A stretch of 64,000 nucleotides of DNA, from NCBI GenBank assembly GCA_051530055.1, contig CM121341.1, positions 7,790,784 to 7,854,783 on the forward strand, read 5' to 3'. Below the pieces are notes generated by a model that was not told where the DNA came from, searched no databases, and saw only the letters and a program-made list of their open reading frames with translations. This document shows positions 61,070-64,000 of this stretch, one piece after another; within the stretch, counting starts at the first letter, position 1, and every line of letters starts with the position of its first letter. The position numbers and the translations under genes were made by a program. This stretch comes from Neoechinorhynchus agilis. Its lineage: Eukaryota; Animalia; Acanthocephala.

Positions 61070-63680
61070 TTTAATAAGCTTCCGCTCCCGATAGATTTTT
61101 TCTTGGTGGATAAATCGTTTAGAGCATTTCTTAAGCTCATCCGAACCTCGGGAATAGCGATCTCCCCGGATACCCGAGCCATACAAAACAATAGAAACCT
61201 TTTTTAGGTGGCTTGAGTGAGGCTTTTAACTCTTTCACCCTGATGGATTTTTTTCTCTTTGTGGATAAATCGTTTAGAGCATTTCTTAAGCTCGTGCGAA
61301 CCTCGGGAATAGCGAATCCCGGATACCCGAGCCATACAAAACAATAGAAACCTTTTTTTTAGTGACCTTGAGTGAGGCTTTTAACTCTTTTACCTGATGG
61401 ATTCTTTTTTCTTGGTGGATAAATCGTTTAGAGCATTTCTTAAGCTCATCCGAACCTCGGGAATAGCGATCTCCCCGGATACCCGAGCCATACAAAACAA
61501 TAGAAACCTTTTTCAGGTGACCCGAACGAGGCTTTTAACTCTTTTACCCTGATGGATTCTTTTCTCTTGGTGGATAAATCGTTTAGAGCATTTCTTAAGC
61601 TCGTCCGAACCTCGGGAATAGCGATCTCCTCGGATACCCGAGCCATACAAAACAATAGAAACCTTTTTTAGGTGGCCTGAGTGAGGCTTTTAACTCTTTT
61701 ACCCTGATGGATTCTTTTCTCTTGGTGGATAAATCGTTTAGAGCATTTCTTAAGCTCGTCCGAACCTCGGGAATAGCGATCTCCCCAGATACCCGAGCCA
61801 TACAAAACAATAGAAACCTTTTTTAGGTGGCTTGAGTGAGGCTTTTAACTCTTTTACCCTGATGGATTCTTTTCTCTTGGTGGATAAATCGTTTAGAGCA
61901 TTTCTTAAGCTTATCCGAACCTCGGGAATAGCGATCTCCCCGGATACCCGAGCCATACAAAACAATAGAAACCTTTTTTAGGTGGCCTGAGTGAGGCTTT
62001 TAACTCTTTTACCCTGATGGATTCTTTTCTCTTGGTGGATAAATCGTTTAGAGCATTTCTTAAGCTCGTCCGAACCTCGGGAATAGCGATCTCCCCAGAT
62101 ACCCGAGCCATACAAAACAATAGAAACCTTTTTAGGTGGCTTGAGTGAGGCTTTTAACTCTTTTACCCTGATGGATTCTTTTCTCTTGGTGAATAAATCG
62201 TTTAGAGCATTTCTTAAGCTCGTCCGAACCTCGGGAATAGCGATCTCCCCAGATACCCGAGCCATACAAAACAATAGGAAACCTTTTTTAGGTGGCTTGA
62301 GTGAGGCTTTTAACTCTTTTACCCTGATGGATTCTTTTCTCTTGGTGGATAAATCGTTTAGAGCATTTCTTAAGCTCGTCCGAACCTCGGGAATAGCGAT
62401 CTCCCCAGATACCCGAGCCATACAAAATAGAAACCTTTTTTAGGTGGCTTGAGTGAGGCTTTTAACTCTTTTACCCTGATGGATTCTTTTCTCTTTGTGG
62501 ATAAATCGTTTAGAGCATTTCTTAAGCTCGTCCGAACCTCGGGAATAGCGATCTCCCCGGATACCCGAGCCATACAAAACAATAGAAACCTTTTTTAGGT
62601 GGCTTGAGTGAGGCTTTTAACTCTTTTACCCTGATGGATTCTTTTCTCTTGGTGGATAAATCGTTTAGAGCATTTCTTAAGCTCGTCCGAACCTCGGGAA
62701 TAGCGATCTCCCCGGATACCCGAGCCATACAAAACAATAGAAACCTTTTTTAGGTGGCTTGAGTGAGGCTTTTAACTCTTTTACCCTGATGGATTCTTTT
62801 CTCTTGGTGGATAAATCGTTTAGAGCATTTCTTAAGCTCGTCCGAACCTCGGGAATAGCGATCTCCCCAGATACCCGAGCCATACAAAACAATAGAAACC
62901 TTTTTAGGTGGCTTGAGTGAGGCTTTTAACTCTTTTACCCTGATGGATTCTTTTCTCTTGGTGGATAAATCGTTTAGAGCATTTCTTAAGCTCGTCCGAA
63001 CCTCGGGAATAGCGATCTATCCGGATACCCGAGCCATAAAAAACAATAGAAACCTTTTTTAGGTGGCTTGAGTGAGGCTTTTAACTCTTTCACCCTGATG
63101 GATTTTTTTCTCTTTGTGGATAAATCGTTTAGAGCATTTCTTAAGCTCGTCCGAACCTCGGGAATAGCGATCTCCCGGATACCCGATCCATACAAAACAA
63201 TAGAAACCTTTTTTAGGTTGCCTGAGTGAGGCATTTAACTCTTTTACCCTGATGGATTCTTTTCTCTTGGTGGATAAATCGTTTAGAGCATTCCTTAAGC
63301 TCGTCCGAACCTCGGGAATAGCGATCTCCCCGGATACCCGAGCCACAAAAAACAATAGAAACCTTTTTAGGTGATTGAGGCTTTTAACTCTTTTACCCTG
63401 ATGGATTCTTTTCTCTTGGTGGGTAAATCGTTTAGAGCATTTCTTAAGCTCGTCCGAACCTCGGGAATAGCGATCTCCCGGATACCCGATCCATACAAAA
63501 CAATAGAAACCTTTTTTAGGTGGCTTGAGTGAGGCTTTTAACTCTTTCACCCTGATGGATTTTTTTCTCTTTGTGGATAAATCGTTTAGAGCATTTCTTA
63601 AGCTCGTGCGAACCTCGGGAATAGCGATCTCCCGGATACCCGATCCATACAAAACAATAGAAACCTTTTTTTATGTGGCT
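61070..63680. repeat. Tandem satellite J (~155 bp unit, ~17 copies)
   Basis: CCGAACCTCGGGAATAGCGATCTCCC..GATACCCGAGCCATACAAAAC recurs every ~155 bp. Confidence 0.97.
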
Positions 63681-63933
63681 CGAAATGGGTTTCCTCTTTC
63701 GAAATATTTTTGTCCGTTCGGTTTGGTGGGTGGACTATGAGTACCAAATCTCGTATTTGCAAAAAATTGATTTTAGAATGTATTAAAAGTAATATCATCG
63801 CGAGGAAATTCTTTTGATACGATAGAGTTTGAATGTATTTTCGTCCAAATGATTTTCACTAAAACTGCAAGTTTTTTGTTGATTGTTCAAAAATTCGATG
63901 AATCCTCGATGTATTTTTTAGATAAATAGAAAA

Positions 63934-64000
63934 ATGTTTTCGTTTTACCCTGTTCTTTACACTGGCGATGACACCGATGCTCTTGTATTCGATCCTGGAT
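63934..64000 (+). CDS. Probable N-terminus of actin-related protein ACTL6/ARP4 (cut by window end)
   Basis: MFSFYPVLYTGDDTDALVFDPG resembles the ACTL6A start YGGDEVGALVFDIGS; only 22 codons visible. Confidence 0.5.
   Translation, partial: MFSFYPVLYTGDDTDALVFDPG

Noticed and set aside
58941-63798. ORFs such as MHEFLGKIFF... and MFCMARVSGEIAIPEVR...
   Set aside because: They are translations of the 177 bp and 155 bp satellites, with frequent frameshifts between units.

Overview
AT-rich genomic DNA from a compact-genome invertebrate animal (35-55 nt GT-AG introns; no prokaryotic features, no CRISPR). About 13 recognisable conserved genes (ANAPC11, NIF3L1, FAM78-like, SLC17 transporter, TSNAXIP1-like, UAP1, myosin regulatory light chain, MEMO1, PPIL2, a short SMG6-like PIN nuclease, Asterix/WDR83OS, the start of an ACTL6/ARP4-like gene, and a TALE homeobox gene present twice) alternate with at least 10 unrelated tandem-repeat families totalling roughly 20 kb, plus relics of CRE-clade and L2/CR1-clade non-LTR retrotransposons. 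Main highlights: (1) two ~2.4 kb, ~99% identical inverted arms bracket a 52 kb segment, and each arm carries an identical divergent TALE homeobox gene with an eh1 motif; (2) most genes have an unpaired 3' splice acceptor at or just before the ATG, suggesting spliced-leader trans-splicing; (3) a degenerate hammerhead-ribozyme-like junction; (4) a fold-back thioredoxin-like gene fragment with twin-priming geometry; (5) satellites visibly built from a retroelement fragment and from a MITE-like hairpin. Gene identities come from recalled family motifs, not database searches. Coordinates of multi-exon genes, relics and array edges are approximate.
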